The notes: a model not told the origin generated them from the sequence alone. 64,000 bases of DNA from an uncultured Candidatus Saccharibacteria bacterium (GCA_964387505.1 CAYLWF010000021.1:12-64011); one strand, 5' to 3'; shown: positions 16,870 through 27,093, counted from the stretch's first letter. Program-made: numbers and translations.

Positions 16870-17796
16870 CTAGTCGTTGTCGCTGCCGCCAGAGCCCGAA
16901 CCAGAGCCAGAGCCAGAGCCAGAGCTGCCTGACCCAGAGTCATCAGAGCCTGAACTTCCAGAGTCAGAATTGCTGCTGCCAGAGCCAGATCCGGAATCGT
17001 CACCACTGTCATTTGCGTCGCTGTCTGAGGAAGAGCTGTCGTCGGTTGCGTCGTTGCTGTCGCTCGACTGTGTCCGCGTTTCTTCCGCGCTTCGAACGCG
17101 TACAACGGAGCCGCTCGTGGCATTTACATCCACGCGCCCGCCGTCACTAAACCGTACGCTGTACACGACCACGTTGTTTTCGGTTTCGAGTTCGATTTTG
17201 GTAATTGTTTTGCCGGGTCGCTGGGCTTGAGCGATATCTCGTGCTTGTTGCACGGTAACACTTGCCACAAAGCCTGCTGGGACCGACTCGTCTTGTTCGT
17301 TTTCATCATCGGAAGGTTTCACTACCGCTAGGCCTGTCGTGGCGTTGTAGTAGCGGACAGTACCGTCGCTAAAGCGGACTTTGTAGACAAGCGTACCTTC
17401 CTCTTTTTCAAGCTCTATACCGGTGATTGTGCCGTTTGGTACGTCTTTGAGCGCAGCTTCACGAATGTCTGCTACCCCAAGTACGTTGGCGAGGTCAGTT
17501 GGGAGCGCAACTTTTTTCTCTGAGTTTACGCGCTGACGATTTGCCCCGACAAATGCTGACATGCCGCCCACCACGATGAGCACCGCCAGTACCGCCAGTC
17601 CGGTCGCGGTCGATAGTTGTTTGAAGGCTCCGCGAACAAAACCTATAAAAGATTGTTTCGTCTTCTGTTTTTTAGCCATAGTTTCTCCTTGCGTTACGCT
17701 AAATAATTGTTTTTTTAACTGTTTCTTAAAGTTTGTATCTATACGCAGCTGCCTGCTATCGACGCGGTGTCGCAAGTCTTTTGGCAACTTTGTCAT
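16870..17796 (-). CDS. Membrane protein with two PepSY domains and an acidic S/G/D low-complexity tail. It is a candidate anti-sigma partner.
   Basis: 308 aa. Its start overlaps the stop of the ECF sigma gene by 4 nt. It has one TM helix and two PepSY-like units (GTITGIELEKEEGTLVYKVRFSDG; KTITKIELETENNVVVYSVRFSDG). Confidence 0.65.
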   Translation of the reverse strand: MTKLPKDLRHRVDSRQLRIDTNFKKQLKKQLFSVTQGETMAKKQKTKQSFIGFVRGAFKQLSTATGLAVLAVLIVVGGMSAFVGANRQRVNSEKKVALPTDLANVLGVADIREAALKDVPNGTITGIELEKEEGTLVYKVRFSDGTVRYYNATTGLAVVKPSDDENEQDESVPAGFVASVTVQQARDIAQAQRPGKTITKIELETENNVVVYSVRFSDGGRVDVNATSGSVVRVRSAEETRTQSSDSNDATDDSSSSDSDANDSGDDSGSGSGSSNSDSGSSGSDDSGSGSSGSGSGSGSGSGGSDND

Positions 17797-18308
17797 ACGG
17801 TCTCCTTTCTTTCGGTGAGTGGGTTATCGAGTATATTGCGCAGCCGGCGCAGCGCTCTGGCGTAGGTGGTCTTTACATAGTTGGCGTCTTTGCCCAGTGT
17901 ATAGGCGGTGTCTTTGACGCTCATATTTTGAAACACGCGTAGCATCACGACGGTACGTTGTTTTTCGGGAAGGCTCTGTACGTAGGGCATCAGTCGCGTG
18001 ACTGGCTCTTCAGTTTGTTCAAACTCTTCTATAGTTTCGTCGGCATATGCCGCAAAATCCTCTATGTTCTCGACTCGCACCACCTGCTCTTGGTACTTTT
18101 CGCGCAAATGCGTTGTCCAGACGTTACGCATAATGCCGTACAAATATTTTTTATGGTCTTGGATGTCGGTGTCCTCTGCCTGGCGGATAAACGCGGTAAA
18201 GGTGTCTGCCGTCAGGTCTTCGGCAGTGTGCCGGTTTAAACATTTTATGTAGAAGAATTTGTAGACAGTGTCGACGTATGCATCATAGACTGCTTCGAGA
18301 TTCATCAT
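17793..18308 (-). CDS. ECF-type sigma-70 family RNA polymerase sigma factor
   Basis: 171 aa. It has a region 2-like segment (VYKFFYIKCLNRHTAEDLTADTF) and a region 4 HTH (MSVKDTAYTLGKDANYVKTTYARALRRLR). Confidence 0.8.
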   Translation of the reverse strand: MMNLEAVYDAYVDTVYKFFYIKCLNRHTAEDLTADTFTAFIRQAEDTDIQDHKKYLYGIMRNVWTTHLREKYQEQVVRVENIEDFAAYADETIEEFEQTEEPVTRLMPYVQSLPEKQRTVVMLRVFQNMSVKDTAYTLGKDANYVKTTYARALRRLRNILDNPLTERKETV

Positions 18309-18345
18309 TGCCCTCCACTATACATGTAGAAAGCGGTGTACATAA

Positions 18346-20124
18346 CTAATTTTGAGAAAGAAGGAGGGCGGCGTAGGGTGGAAGGTTGAGTGTGGCGAGC
18401 CGAGATTCGTCTACTATGACCTTTTCTATGTTGACCTGGTGAAAGTCGGGGCTGTAGCCTTTCCAGGTGCTGTTGAAGCTGACGTGCCACGCGCCGGGTA
18501 GTGGCAGACGTAACTGATAGCCGTCGTGTGCAGCCTCGCCAAAGTTTGCAATGATGAGGACATCATCGCCCGCACCGCCATTTTCCCAGCGGTGGTAGCC
18601 TATAACGCCGTTGTTATCGTCTTGGTGAAAGACAGCGGTGTGCTGCCCGAGGAGTCCTGCGGTATTGCCCTGGCGGTTCAGACGCAAGTCTATAAGATGT
18701 TTGTGGGCGAGAACCATGCCGCTGTACGTTTCGGCCTTGTCCCACTCTAGTTCTTGCCAGTCGTTGAAACTGCCCTCCTGTAAAAACTCTTGGCCCTGCA
18801 GGAGCATGGGTATACCTGGCGCCGTGAGCATGATGGCGTTTGCGAGGAGCGATTTTTCGCGGGCGTTTTTGTCGGCAGCGTCACCTTTGCTGGCGGCTTC
18901 GTTTAGCCGCACGGATCCATTTGCTGCGGTGTCGTGCGAGTCACTGAAGACTACTTTTTCAAATGCATTGCCGTTATAGCTGCGCTCGAGTTCATAACGT
19001 ACTCCGGCTAACGTGCGGCCTCCGCGCAGCCCCAGTCCATCGCGAAGCGCGTGTGGAAAGCCAAGCTCCCACTGCGCATCAAAGGCGCAGCCGCTTTCGC
19101 TTCGGGGCTTTGTAAGGTAAGCGCTGTTCGCACAATCTTCCGCTATCATGATTGCCCCAGGTTTGATTTTATGCGCCAGTTCCACGATGTCCTGCAGTAA
19201 GTACCACGCGTGTGAAATATCGTGTGCTGGGTCATTGTCACGCCCTTCGGTGTTGCGCATGTAAATGGTACTATCGACGCGCAGCCCGTCGAGGTGGTAT
19301 TCGGTGAGCCACATAGCGACATTGTCGAGTATGAACTGGCGTACTTCCGGCCGCCCGTAGTCGGGCCGACCGCCCCAGGGCGTGTCGCCGCGCACGTCGT
19401 TGTAAAAATATATGCCGCCGCGGCCGTTTTCACTCCATCCGTCAAATTGCCAGAGGTCAGTTTCACCCGAGAAGTGGTTGTAGACGACGTCTAAAATGAC
19501 CGCAACGCCTTTTTTATGACATTCGCGTACAAACGTGAGAAGGCCGTGCCGCCCGCCGTAGGAGTTTTCAACAGAGTATATATGGTTTGGCGCGTAACCC
19601 CAGCCAAAACTATGTGCCATAGAGGTAATGGGCATTAGTTCTATGACGTTCACACCAAGGTCAATGAGGTAATCGAGCTTTTCGAGCGCATCGTCAAAGG
19701 TGCCGATGGTAGCGGCATCTGGCCGGTTGAATGTGCCAAGGTGCAGTTCGTATATAACCTGTTTTTCGAGGGGTATAGGGGTGAAGTTGTCTTCCTGCCA
19801 GTCAAATTCTGGGTCTATAATAACCGAAGCGCCGTTGTCAGACGTGGTGAGCTGCTGAGCACGCGGGTCGTTACGCGTGAGCACGGTGCCGTCTGCTGTG
19901 CTTATGAGATAGACATAGTTTTGTCCAGGTTCGATGCCTTTCAAACTCACTGACCAATAGCCGTCGCCTTCGTTTTCCATAGCAACTTGTTTGTCGCTGG
20001 TGACGGTACCGGTCAACGCAACACTGGCAGCAAATGGCGCCCACACGCGAAACTCTGTGTTTTCGCCGTGACGTGTCACGCCCAAGTTTTTCTTTATCTG
20101 ATGCTGCACCCTACCAGTATGCAA
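18346..20124 (-). CDS. GH13 alpha-glucan branching-enzyme-like glycoside hydrolase
   Basis: 592 aa. GH13 conserved regions are present: AVILDVVYNHF, LDGLRVDSTIYM, MIAEDC and FSDSHD. The N-terminal E-set motif is FRVWAP. Confidence 0.7.
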   Translation of the reverse strand: MHTGRVQHQIKKNLGVTRHGENTEFRVWAPFAASVALTGTVTSDKQVAMENEGDGYWSVSLKGIEPGQNYVYLISTADGTVLTRNDPRAQQLTTSDNGASVIIDPEFDWQEDNFTPIPLEKQVIYELHLGTFNRPDAATIGTFDDALEKLDYLIDLGVNVIELMPITSMAHSFGWGYAPNHIYSVENSYGGRHGLLTFVRECHKKGVAVILDVVYNHFSGETDLWQFDGWSENGRGGIYFYNDVRGDTPWGGRPDYGRPEVRQFILDNVAMWLTEYHLDGLRVDSTIYMRNTEGRDNDPAHDISHAWYLLQDIVELAHKIKPGAIMIAEDCANSAYLTKPRSESGCAFDAQWELGFPHALRDGLGLRGGRTLAGVRYELERSYNGNAFEKVVFSDSHDTAANGSVRLNEAASKGDAADKNAREKSLLANAIMLTAPGIPMLLQGQEFLQEGSFNDWQELEWDKAETYSGMVLAHKHLIDLRLNRQGNTAGLLGQHTAVFHQDDNNGVIGYHRWENGGAGDDVLIIANFGEAAHDGYQLRLPLPGAWHVSFNSTWKGYSPDFHQVNIEKVIVDESRLATLNLPPYAALLLSQN

Positions 20125-20170
20125 GCATAAGCTTATTTATGCAACAGAGATAGGATTTTAATATATGTCA

Positions 20171-20192
20171 AAAGCACCCCGAAGAGTGCTTT
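20171..20192 (-). terminator. Possible intrinsic terminator after the DUF3800 gene
   Basis: Hairpin AAAGCAC-n8-GTGCTTT. On the minus strand a TTTT run formed by the 3' arm and one flanking T ends the hairpin. Confidence 0.35.
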
Positions 20193-20282
20193 ATCGTTGC
20201 GCGCGTATCGGCGAAAAATCGCAAACAACGCTCGGCTTACACGTCAGCAGTATACACTATATTGTCAATAATTGCAATACCA

Positions 20283-20921
20283 CTATTTGCCAAACTTGCC
20301 AATCGGGAATTCAATTACTGTTTCAATCCTAGGTTGGACTATATTATAGAGATGAACGTGTTGATTCTTATACTTCCGGTAAGTTATATGTGCTATTACA
20401 TCAGCAGCCTGCAGGTTGTACATTGTGTGCGACTCTCTTCTAAGTACCGTAAGATTGTGCTTAAACCCCCAGTCCATTTTGGCCTTAATACCCAGGTAGT
20501 CTGCCGTAGATGTCAGTGAAGTTGCCTTAACATCTCTGGAGTCAAATGTAATTCGTACGTCGTCATTGTATTTCTTAAGAATCTGTTTGATAAGTATGCC
20601 GCTAAGGTGCATATAATTTAAATTATTATCGAGATCTGGTTTATGATGTTTCTTCTCGACAACCAAAAGAAATATCTCATTATCTGGCCTAAGGGCAATC
20701 TTAGTAAGGATGCTTTGGAGTTTTACAAAATCATGTTCACTCCCCTTTATCTCCTTTAGCGGAGAATCAGGTGCTCCATATTTTAAGCATGCTTTCTTGA
20801 AAATGCGCTTTAATCTTTCCTTCGAATGGTTATCCTGACATACTACAGCAGCAATAATGAAATACTTTCCTGCAGTACCTAAATTTCCAGACTCATCGAT
20901 AAATACCTCAATCATATGCAT
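20283..20921 (-). CDS. DUF3800 domain protein
   Basis: 212 aa. The N-terminal IEVFIDESGNLG motif is typical of DUF3800. The gene is AT-rich relative to its neighbours. Confidence 0.65.
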   Translation of the reverse strand: MHMIEVFIDESGNLGTAGKYFIIAAVVCQDNHSKERLKRIFKKACLKYGAPDSPLKEIKGSEHDFVKLQSILTKIALRPDNEIFLLVVEKKHHKPDLDNNLNYMHLSGILIKQILKKYNDDVRITFDSRDVKATSLTSTADYLGIKAKMDWGFKHNLTVLRRESHTMYNLQAADVIAHITYRKYKNQHVHLYNIVQPRIETVIEFPIGKFGK

Positions 20922-20968
20922 ATTATACCATTAAATACCAGCTTTCACGTTCGGTATAGCACCGGTTT

Positions 20969-22600
20969 TTAGTGGCCGAAGAAGCCGCGGCCGAGTTTAT
21001 CGGGGAGCATGGCTACCGAGACGTTTTTGTCAGTGAGTACTTCGACAACCTCAGGGTCTTTCACGGAACCAGATGAGGTCAAAATAGCGGTGATGCCGGC
21101 ATCCGCCAGTACGAGGGGGCCATCAGGAAACGGGAAGAAACTGTCGCTGTAGGCGGCTGCACCCTGTACGTCGTGATCGCGACTGGTGGCGCGCGACACG
21201 GCAAGCTTGGCTGCGCCTACCCTGTCCTGCTGGCCGACGCCGTTCCCGAGGAGCTGACAGTCTTTCACGATGGTGATGGTATTGCTATTGCTGGTAGAGC
21301 CAACCGCCCACGCGAGCACGAGGTCTTTTTTGGCTTGCTCGCTGAGCTCACCGTGCTGCTCCATATAGTCAGCGGCAAAGTCGAGTACAAATGTGTAGTT
21401 TGGCTGCACGAGCATACCGCCGCGTACGTTACGGTAAATGGGTGCTGTTTCTAGTGTGTCTTTCGTGAGTCCGGCGAGCGCTGGGTTGGTGACGATGCGC
21501 AGCTTGGCGCGGCCAAGGATCTCCATGGCTTCTGGCGTGACGCTACTCCCCACGACGCCATCGAGCAAACGGTTTTGCCCCTCCGGCATGTGGTGGGTCA
21601 TGAGTGCCGTAGCGACTTCGGCATCTATCGGTCCGTTGATTATGACGACACCACCAAAGATAGCGATTTCGTCGCCTTCCAGCATCCGCTTCACGGCCTC
21701 GACTGCTGTTTTGCCGGTGCCAGCACCACAGGCGTTGCCATGCTTCACGCCCACGGCTATCGCAGGGACTTTGCCGAAGTTGGTTTCGTAGCCAGCGGCA
21801 ATGTGCGTGACGGTCATAAGCAAGCGGTGCATGTCGGTTTCGTTTATGTAGCTCAGTTCCCAGCCTTTTTGGTGCGTGAACTGGTCAAGCCCGAGTGGGT
21901 CTGTAGCGACGCGGTTATCGGCGTAGAGTCCGGCCGGTGTTTGCCAGGGGTTTTCGCCGTACTTCGTGGGGGCTACGCGTCTGCCTATCCACCCGGCTAC
22001 GTTTTCCCCGCCGTGGTAACGAGCACTGATCATGATGTATCGGGCGCACTCGTACTCGGCTACGGCGCACAATTTGTCGCGGAATGATTTTTCATCTTGT
22101 TTTCCATCTGTTAGCCACTGCAGCACTTCACTTCGTTGGTCGGCACGAGAGAGCACAATTCGTCGGGCTTTTGCACCCGCTCTCAGCATGGTTGGGCCAC
22201 CGATGTCGGTTTTTTCTATCACGCTTTGCAGAGTGGCTTGCCCGCTCGCGATCTCTTCTTCGAGTGGATACATATCTACTGCGACGAGATCGATAAATGG
22301 AATGCCTCGGTCTTTCAACTCTTGCAAATCCTCTAGCTTATCCGCATCCGCCAGGAGGCCGCTATGAATTTCGCGAGAAAGTGTTACGACCCGGTGGCCG
22401 AGTATGGCCTCGCCGCCAACGAGTTCTGCGACGTCCGTAACGGGTACGCCGGCTTCTGCTACGACCTTGGCTGTGCCGCCAGATGAAATGATGTTCCAAC
22501 CCAGCTTATGTAGGCCCTTCGCAAACTCGGCAATACCTGTTTTGTCGTAAACCGAAAGCAACGCGTTGTTTTGAGTTTTTAGTAAGTGGTCGATGGACAT
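20969..22600 (-). CDS. purH: Bifunctional AICAR transformylase / IMP cyclohydrolase
   Basis: 543 aa. It has an N-terminal MGS-like domain (ALLSVYDKTGI) and a C-terminal AICARFT domain (GVKHGNACG, SDSFFPF). Confidence 0.9.
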   Translation of the reverse strand: MSIDHLLKTQNNALLSVYDKTGIAEFAKGLHKLGWNIISSGGTAKVVAEAGVPVTDVAELVGGEAILGHRVVTLSREIHSGLLADADKLEDLQELKDRGIPFIDLVAVDMYPLEEEIASGQATLQSVIEKTDIGGPTMLRAGAKARRIVLSRADQRSEVLQWLTDGKQDEKSFRDKLCAVAEYECARYIMISARYHGGENVAGWIGRRVAPTKYGENPWQTPAGLYADNRVATDPLGLDQFTHQKGWELSYINETDMHRLLMTVTHIAAGYETNFGKVPAIAVGVKHGNACGAGTGKTAVEAVKRMLEGDEIAIFGGVVIINGPIDAEVATALMTHHMPEGQNRLLDGVVGSSVTPEAMEILGRAKLRIVTNPALAGLTKDTLETAPIYRNVRGGMLVQPNYTFVLDFAADYMEQHGELSEQAKKDLVLAWAVGSTSNSNTITIVKDCQLLGNGVGQQDRVGAAKLAVSRATSRDHDVQGAAAYSDSFFPFPDGPLVLADAGITAILTSSGSVKDPEVVEVLTDKNVSVAMLPDKLGRGFFGH

Positions 22601-22633
22601 TTATGCTCCTTTCATTGAATCATGTGGCATGAA

Positions 22634-23035
22634 TCATGAATTATGTAATTTAGTGTGCTGTTTGGTGGATTTAAGTAAACCGGTCAGTAATTTATGGGTA
22701 ATGACAGATTGTTCGGCAAGATTTTCAAAATTATCACAAGATATATAGCCGACATCCCTGCTTACAAGAAGTTGATTTTGAACTTCTGTCAATGAACCGT
22801 GTGCCATAGTGAAAAAATGCGCCTTGTCGGCGTAAGATAATCTCGAAAAACCCTCGGCAATATTCGAAGTTATTGAAACAGCCGCACGTCTAATTTGACT
22901 CGTCAATCCAAACTGCTCATCACTCGGAAAAGTTTTCGTTATTCGATATATGCTAACGACTAACTTGTGCCCTTCCTTCCATGTATCTAAATCGGTAAAG
23001 CTTCGTATGCTTTTTTTACCAGATTCATGATTCAT
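22634..23035 (-). CDS. Four-helix-bundle protein (23S rRNA intervening-sequence protein family)
   Basis: 133 aa. It has family-typical motifs: [39 protein letters not shown] and [10 protein letters not shown]. It is AT-rich and sits between purL and purH. Confidence 0.75.
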   Translation of the reverse strand: MNHESGKKSIRSFTDLDTWKEGHKLVVSIYRITKTFPSDEQFGLTSQIRRAAVSITSNIAEGFSRLSYADKAHFFTMAHGSLTEVQNQLLVSRDVGYISCDNFENLAEQSVITHKLLTGLLKSTKQHTKLHNS

Positions 23036-26000
23036 GATTCATGATTCCTTTCAACTGTCCAATTGTACGCATTACTAAACATCTGGAGCCAGGGGGAGTC
23101 GGCAGGCCAGTCAGCAGGGTGCCAGCTAAGTTGGCGGGTCATGAAGCCGCGCTCTGGGTGCGGCATCATGATGGTGGCGCGGCCGTCTGGCGTGGTAAGT
23201 GCGGTGATGCCCTCTGGTGAGCCATTTGGGTTGGCTGGATAACTTTCGGTTGGCGCATGATTTCCGTTCACGAACTGAGCGGCAATGAGGCCGGATTTCA
23301 CCGCGGATTGTTTTTCTGCCTCTGATGCAAACGCCGCGTAACCCTCGCCATGCGCAACGGGTATCGGCAGTACAGATCCTTCCATGCCAGTGAAAAAGAT
23401 AGACGGTGTTTTATTGAGACGTACCTGCGGTAGGCGTGCTTCAAAGCGTTCGCTCTTGTTCTGGAGGAACTGTGGCCACGTCTCTGCGCCAGGGATAAGC
23501 TCTTTTAGCTGCGATAGCATTTGACAGCCGTTGCAGACGCCGAGGCTGAACGTATCGGGCCGTTCAAAAAAGGCTTTGAACTGCGCCCGAAGCTTTTTGT
23601 CGAGCAAAACTGTTTTTGCCCAGCCGCCGCCAGCCCCTAGCACGTCCCCGTAACTGAAGCCGCCGCAGGCGACGAGGCCGCTGAAGTCTTCGAGTTTCGC
23701 AGTGCCTTGCAACAGGTCGTTCAGGTGTACATCTATAGCAGTGAAGCCTGCGCGTGTGAAGCCTGCGGCCATCTCTATCTGGCCATTGACACCCTGCTCT
23801 CGTAGTATGGCAATTTTGGGCTTGTCTTTAGCAGCTCCATCTTCTCTAAGAGGGGCTCGCCCCTCTTGAGGTGCTTTCGTTGCTTCGCTCGAAAGCAGCC
23901 TCCACTCCCCCGCTCGCTGTTCGCTCGCGCTCGCGCTGTGCGCTCGTTCGGCCGCTTGCGCGGCCTCAATACGGTAAGATTGTGGAAGCTTGGGGGTCAG
24001 GCCGGGGTCGGCGTCGTCAAGAATCAGCGCGTATTCTTGGTCGGCGCAGGCGGGGTTATCGCGGAGTTTTTGTATGCGGTAGCTTGTTTCGGCCCACCAT
24101 TGTTCAAGCTGGCCGCGGGTATTTTGGTAGACGGTTTTACCGTTTTCTTTGAATGTAATCGTCTGTTTTGCCGCTGGTTCACCGAGGGCATATACATTGT
24201 CGCCAATCACCTGGGATACATATTTTTCATCTGATGATTTCACTTGGATGATGACGCCGAGTTCTTCGTTGAAGAGTTTTGCGAGGGTCACGGCACTGTC
24301 ATTCCGAGCTTGTCGAGGAATCCTGTTGGTGGCTGTCTGACGGGATCTTTCGACTTCGCCTGCGGCTTCGCTCAAGATGACAGATGTGGGAAGTTCTGTA
24401 AGGTCGATGTCGAGGCCACAGCGACTCGCGAAGGCTATTTCGCATAGAGCGGTAAAGAGGCCGCCGTCTGAACGGTCGTGATAGGCCATGATCTTCCCCT
24501 CTGACTTGAGCTTTGTAAATGCAGTAAAGAACGATTGCAAGATATCTGGGTCAGCGTCTGGCGTGTCTCCACCGGTCTTGCTGTACACTTGCGACAGTGC
24601 GGAACCGCCGAGGCGAGTATGTCCGTCAGAAAGGTCGACGAAGAGTAGTACAGAATCGACTGACATGTCGAGCTGTGGCGTGAGTGTTTTTGAGACGTCG
24701 CCGACTGGGCTGAAGCCGGTGATGATAAGGCTGAGCGGCGAGGTAACAGACTTGGCTTCTCCGCCATCTTGCCAGGTTGAGCGCATACTGAGCGAATCTT
24801 TGCCGACGGGTATGGTGAGACCGAGGGCTGGGCAAAACTCTTCACCCACGGTGTGCACGGTGTCGTAGAGCGCTTGGTCTTCGGTACCGACTCCGGCGGC
24901 GGCCATCCAGTTGGCGGAAAGCTTTATGTCGCTGAGTTTTTTGATGTCCGCGGCCAGCATGTTCGTGACGGCTTCGGCTATTGCCATTCGACCTGAGGCA
25001 GGTGCGTTTGTAACGGCCAGCGGCGTACGTTCGCCCATGGCCATGGCTTCGCCCGCCTCGGTGTCGAACGCAGCGGCAGTCACGGCGACATCACTCACAG
25101 GCACCTGCCACGGGCCGACCATTTGGTCGCGGGTGACGAGGCCAGTTATGCTGCGATCGCCAATAGTGATGAGGAATTTCTTGCTCCCCACAGATGGCAC
25201 GTGCAGAACACGTTTAACCGCTTCCTCGATATCAATCCCCGAGGCGTCAAAGGCTGTATCTTTCGCTGCTGCCCTGCTGAACTCTCGGGTTATTTTGGGC
25301 GGCTTGCCAAAAAGCGTGCTCATGGGGAGATCGACGGTGTTATTGCCAAGTAAACTGTCGTGTACGACCAGACGATCTTCGGCCGTAGCTGTGCCGATAA
25401 CACTATATGGGCAGCGTTCTCTTTCGCACATAGTGGCGAATTGCTCGACATCTGCCTCGCGGAGGCCGATCACATAGCGTTCCTGGGCTTCATTACACCA
25501 GATTTCCATAGGTGACATACCGAGGTCAGCGTTTATGATGTCTCGTAGCTCGACAGTTGCGCCGAGTCCGGCATCGTGTACGAGCTCTGGCACGGCATTG
25601 CAGTAGCCGCCTGCCCCGATATCGTGGATCATGACGATCGGATTATCGTCTCCGCTCGCCCAGCACGCATCGATGACTTCTTGGCAGCGGCGCTCCATCT
25701 CTGCATTGCCGCGCTGTACTGATGCGAAGTCCAGGTCGGCGTGGCTTGCCCCGCTCTGCATACTACTGGCGGCACCACCACCGAGGCCGATCAGCATGGC
25801 TGGGCCGCCGAGGATGATAATTTTATCGCCAGGCTGGAGTTTGCCTTTCTGAACATGCTGGTCGCGGATGTTGCCAAGGCCGCCTGCGATCATAATCGGT
25901 TTGTGGTAGCCGCGAACATGTTCACCGTCGTGTTGTTCATATGTACGGAAATAGCCGGTGAGATTTGGACGGCCGAACTCATTTGCGAAAGCCGCACCCC

Positions 26001-27093
26001 CGAGTGGGGCGTCTATCATGATGTCGAGTGGCGAGGTGATCCGGTCTGGTTTGCCGTATGGCTTTTCCCAGGGCTGTGGCGCGTCAGGCAAGTTGAGGTT
26101 TGAGACGCTGAAGCCGGCTAGTCCCATCTTGGGCTTGGCGCCTCGGCCTGTTGCTCCCTCGTCACGAATCTCGCCGCCTGTGCCAGTGGCTGCGCCAGGG
26201 AATGGTGCGATGGCTGTAGGGTGATTGTGCGTCTCGACCTTTATGACGCTATGGATGGGCTCGCGGTGAAAGTCGTATCTGTGGGTGGTGGGGTCCGGGA
26301 AGAAACGGCCAGCTTCTGGCCCGCGTAGCACGGCCGCATTGTCGCTGTACGCGCTCAGCACATCTTCGCCACTCAATTCAAACGTGTTGCGAATCATTTT
26401 GAATAAACTTTTTGGCTGCTTCTGGCCGTCTACCACCCAATCTGCGTTGAAGATTTTGTGCCGGCAGTGTTCGCTATTTACCTGGCCAAACATCATGAGC
26501 TCCGCATCAGAGGGGTTGCGACCCAAGCCTGTATATGCGTCTACGAGATAATCAATTTCATCTGCGCTGAGCGCGAGCCCTTGCGTGCTATTGGCCTTTT
26601 CGAGTGCCACTTTGCCGCCTTTGAGTACATCAACGATGACGAGCGGTTTTGGCTCGGGATGGCTAAAGAGTACTTCTGCCGCTTTGATCGAGTCGAGTAC
26701 ACTCTCGGTCATGCGATCATGTAGTAGCGGTGCAATGTCTTTCCACTTGTTCGAGTCAATATAATACGCGATACCACGTTCGATGCGCACAATGCTCGTG
26801 AGGCCTGCATTGTGAGCGATATCTGTTGCCTTCGATGACCATGGTGATATGGTGCCCGGGCGCGGCACGACCAAATATAACTCGCCCGTTCGCTGACTTA
26901 GGTATGGTGTGTCGTATTTTAGTAGCGTCGTGAGCTTTGTAGTATCTGTGCTAGAAAGCGGCTTTTTTGTATCAACAAAGTGAACAAATTCTGCGCTGAC
27001 GTTGTTTATTGACCCATCGACTGACTGCAATTTTTTGAGCAAATTTTTTGCCCGAGAGTCGGACAGTGCATTTATCCCGTCATAGATTTTCAC
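23032..27093 (-). CDS. purL: Phosphoribosylformylglycinamidine synthase, large single-chain form
   Basis: 1353 aa. It has the full FGAM-synthetase body and a C-terminal glutaminase domain ([21 protein letters not shown]). It carries two extra in-frame segments (see findings). Confidence 0.92.
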   Translation of the reverse strand: MKIYDGINALSDSRAKNLLKKLQSVDGSINNVSAEFVHFVDTKKPLSSTDTTKLTTLLKYDTPYLSQRTGELYLVVPRPGTISPWSSKATDIAHNAGLTSIVRIERGIAYYIDSNKWKDIAPLLHDRMTESVLDSIKAAEVLFSHPEPKPLVIVDVLKGGKVALEKANSTQGLALSADEIDYLVDAYTGLGRNPSDAELMMFGQVNSEHCRHKIFNADWVVDGQKQPKSLFKMIRNTFELSGEDVLSAYSDNAAVLRGPEAGRFFPDPTTHRYDFHREPIHSVIKVETHNHPTAIAPFPGAATGTGGEIRDEGATGRGAKPKMGLAGFSVSNLNLPDAPQPWEKPYGKPDRITSPLDIMIDAPLGGAAFANEFGRPNLTGYFRTYEQHDGEHVRGYHKPIMIAGGLGNIRDQHVQKGKLQPGDKIIILGGPAMLIGLGGGAASSMQSGASHADLDFASVQRGNAEMERRCQEVIDACWASGDDNPIVMIHDIGAGGYCNAVPELVHDAGLGATVELRDIINADLGMSPMEIWCNEAQERYVIGLREADVEQFATMCERERCPYSVIGTATAEDRLVVHDSLLGNNTVDLPMSTLFGKPPKITREFSRAAAKDTAFDASGIDIEEAVKRVLHVPSVGSKKFLITIGDRSITGLVTRDQMVGPWQVPVSDVAVTAAAFDTEAGEAMAMGERTPLAVTNAPASGRMAIAEAVTNMLAADIKKLSDIKLSANWMAAAGVGTEDQALYDTVHTVGEEFCPALGLTIPVGKDSLSMRSTWQDGGEAKSVTSPLSLIITGFSPVGDVSKTLTPQLDMSVDSVLLFVDLSDGHTRLGGSALSQVYSKTGGDTPDADPDILQSFFTAFTKLKSEGKIMAYHDRSDGGLFTALCEIAFASRCGLDIDLTELPTSVILSEAAGEVERSRQTATNRIPRQARNDSAVTLAKLFNEELGVIIQVKSSDEKYVSQVIGDNVYALGEPAAKQTITFKENGKTVYQNTRGQLEQWWAETSYRIQKLRDNPACADQEYALILDDADPGLTPKLPQSYRIEAAQAAERAHSASASEQRAGEWRLLSSEATKAPQEGRAPLREDGAAKDKPKIAILREQGVNGQIEMAAGFTRAGFTAIDVHLNDLLQGTAKLEDFSGLVACGGFSYGDVLGAGGGWAKTVLLDKKLRAQFKAFFERPDTFSLGVCNGCQMLSQLKELIPGAETWPQFLQNKSERFEARLPQVRLNKTPSIFFTGMEGSVLPIPVAHGEGYAAFASEAEKQSAVKSGLIAAQFVNGNHAPTESYPANPNGSPEGITALTTPDGRATIMMPHPERGFMTRQLSWHPADWPADSPWLQMFSNAYNWTVERNHES
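24296..24383. mobile_element. MITE-like palindromic element inserted in frame within purL
   Basis: Terminal inverted repeats are CTGTCAT...ATGACAG, with an internal ATTCC(n11)GGAAT hairpin. It encodes ...[31 protein letters not shown]... . A related element lies at 50211..50287. Confidence 0.6.

Noticed and set aside
16662-17230. Cys/Arg-rich 162-aa ORF (+) and other ORFs overlapping the PepSY gene tail
   Set aside because: They are mirror-frame artefacts of the (CCAGAG)n / GS-repeat DNA.
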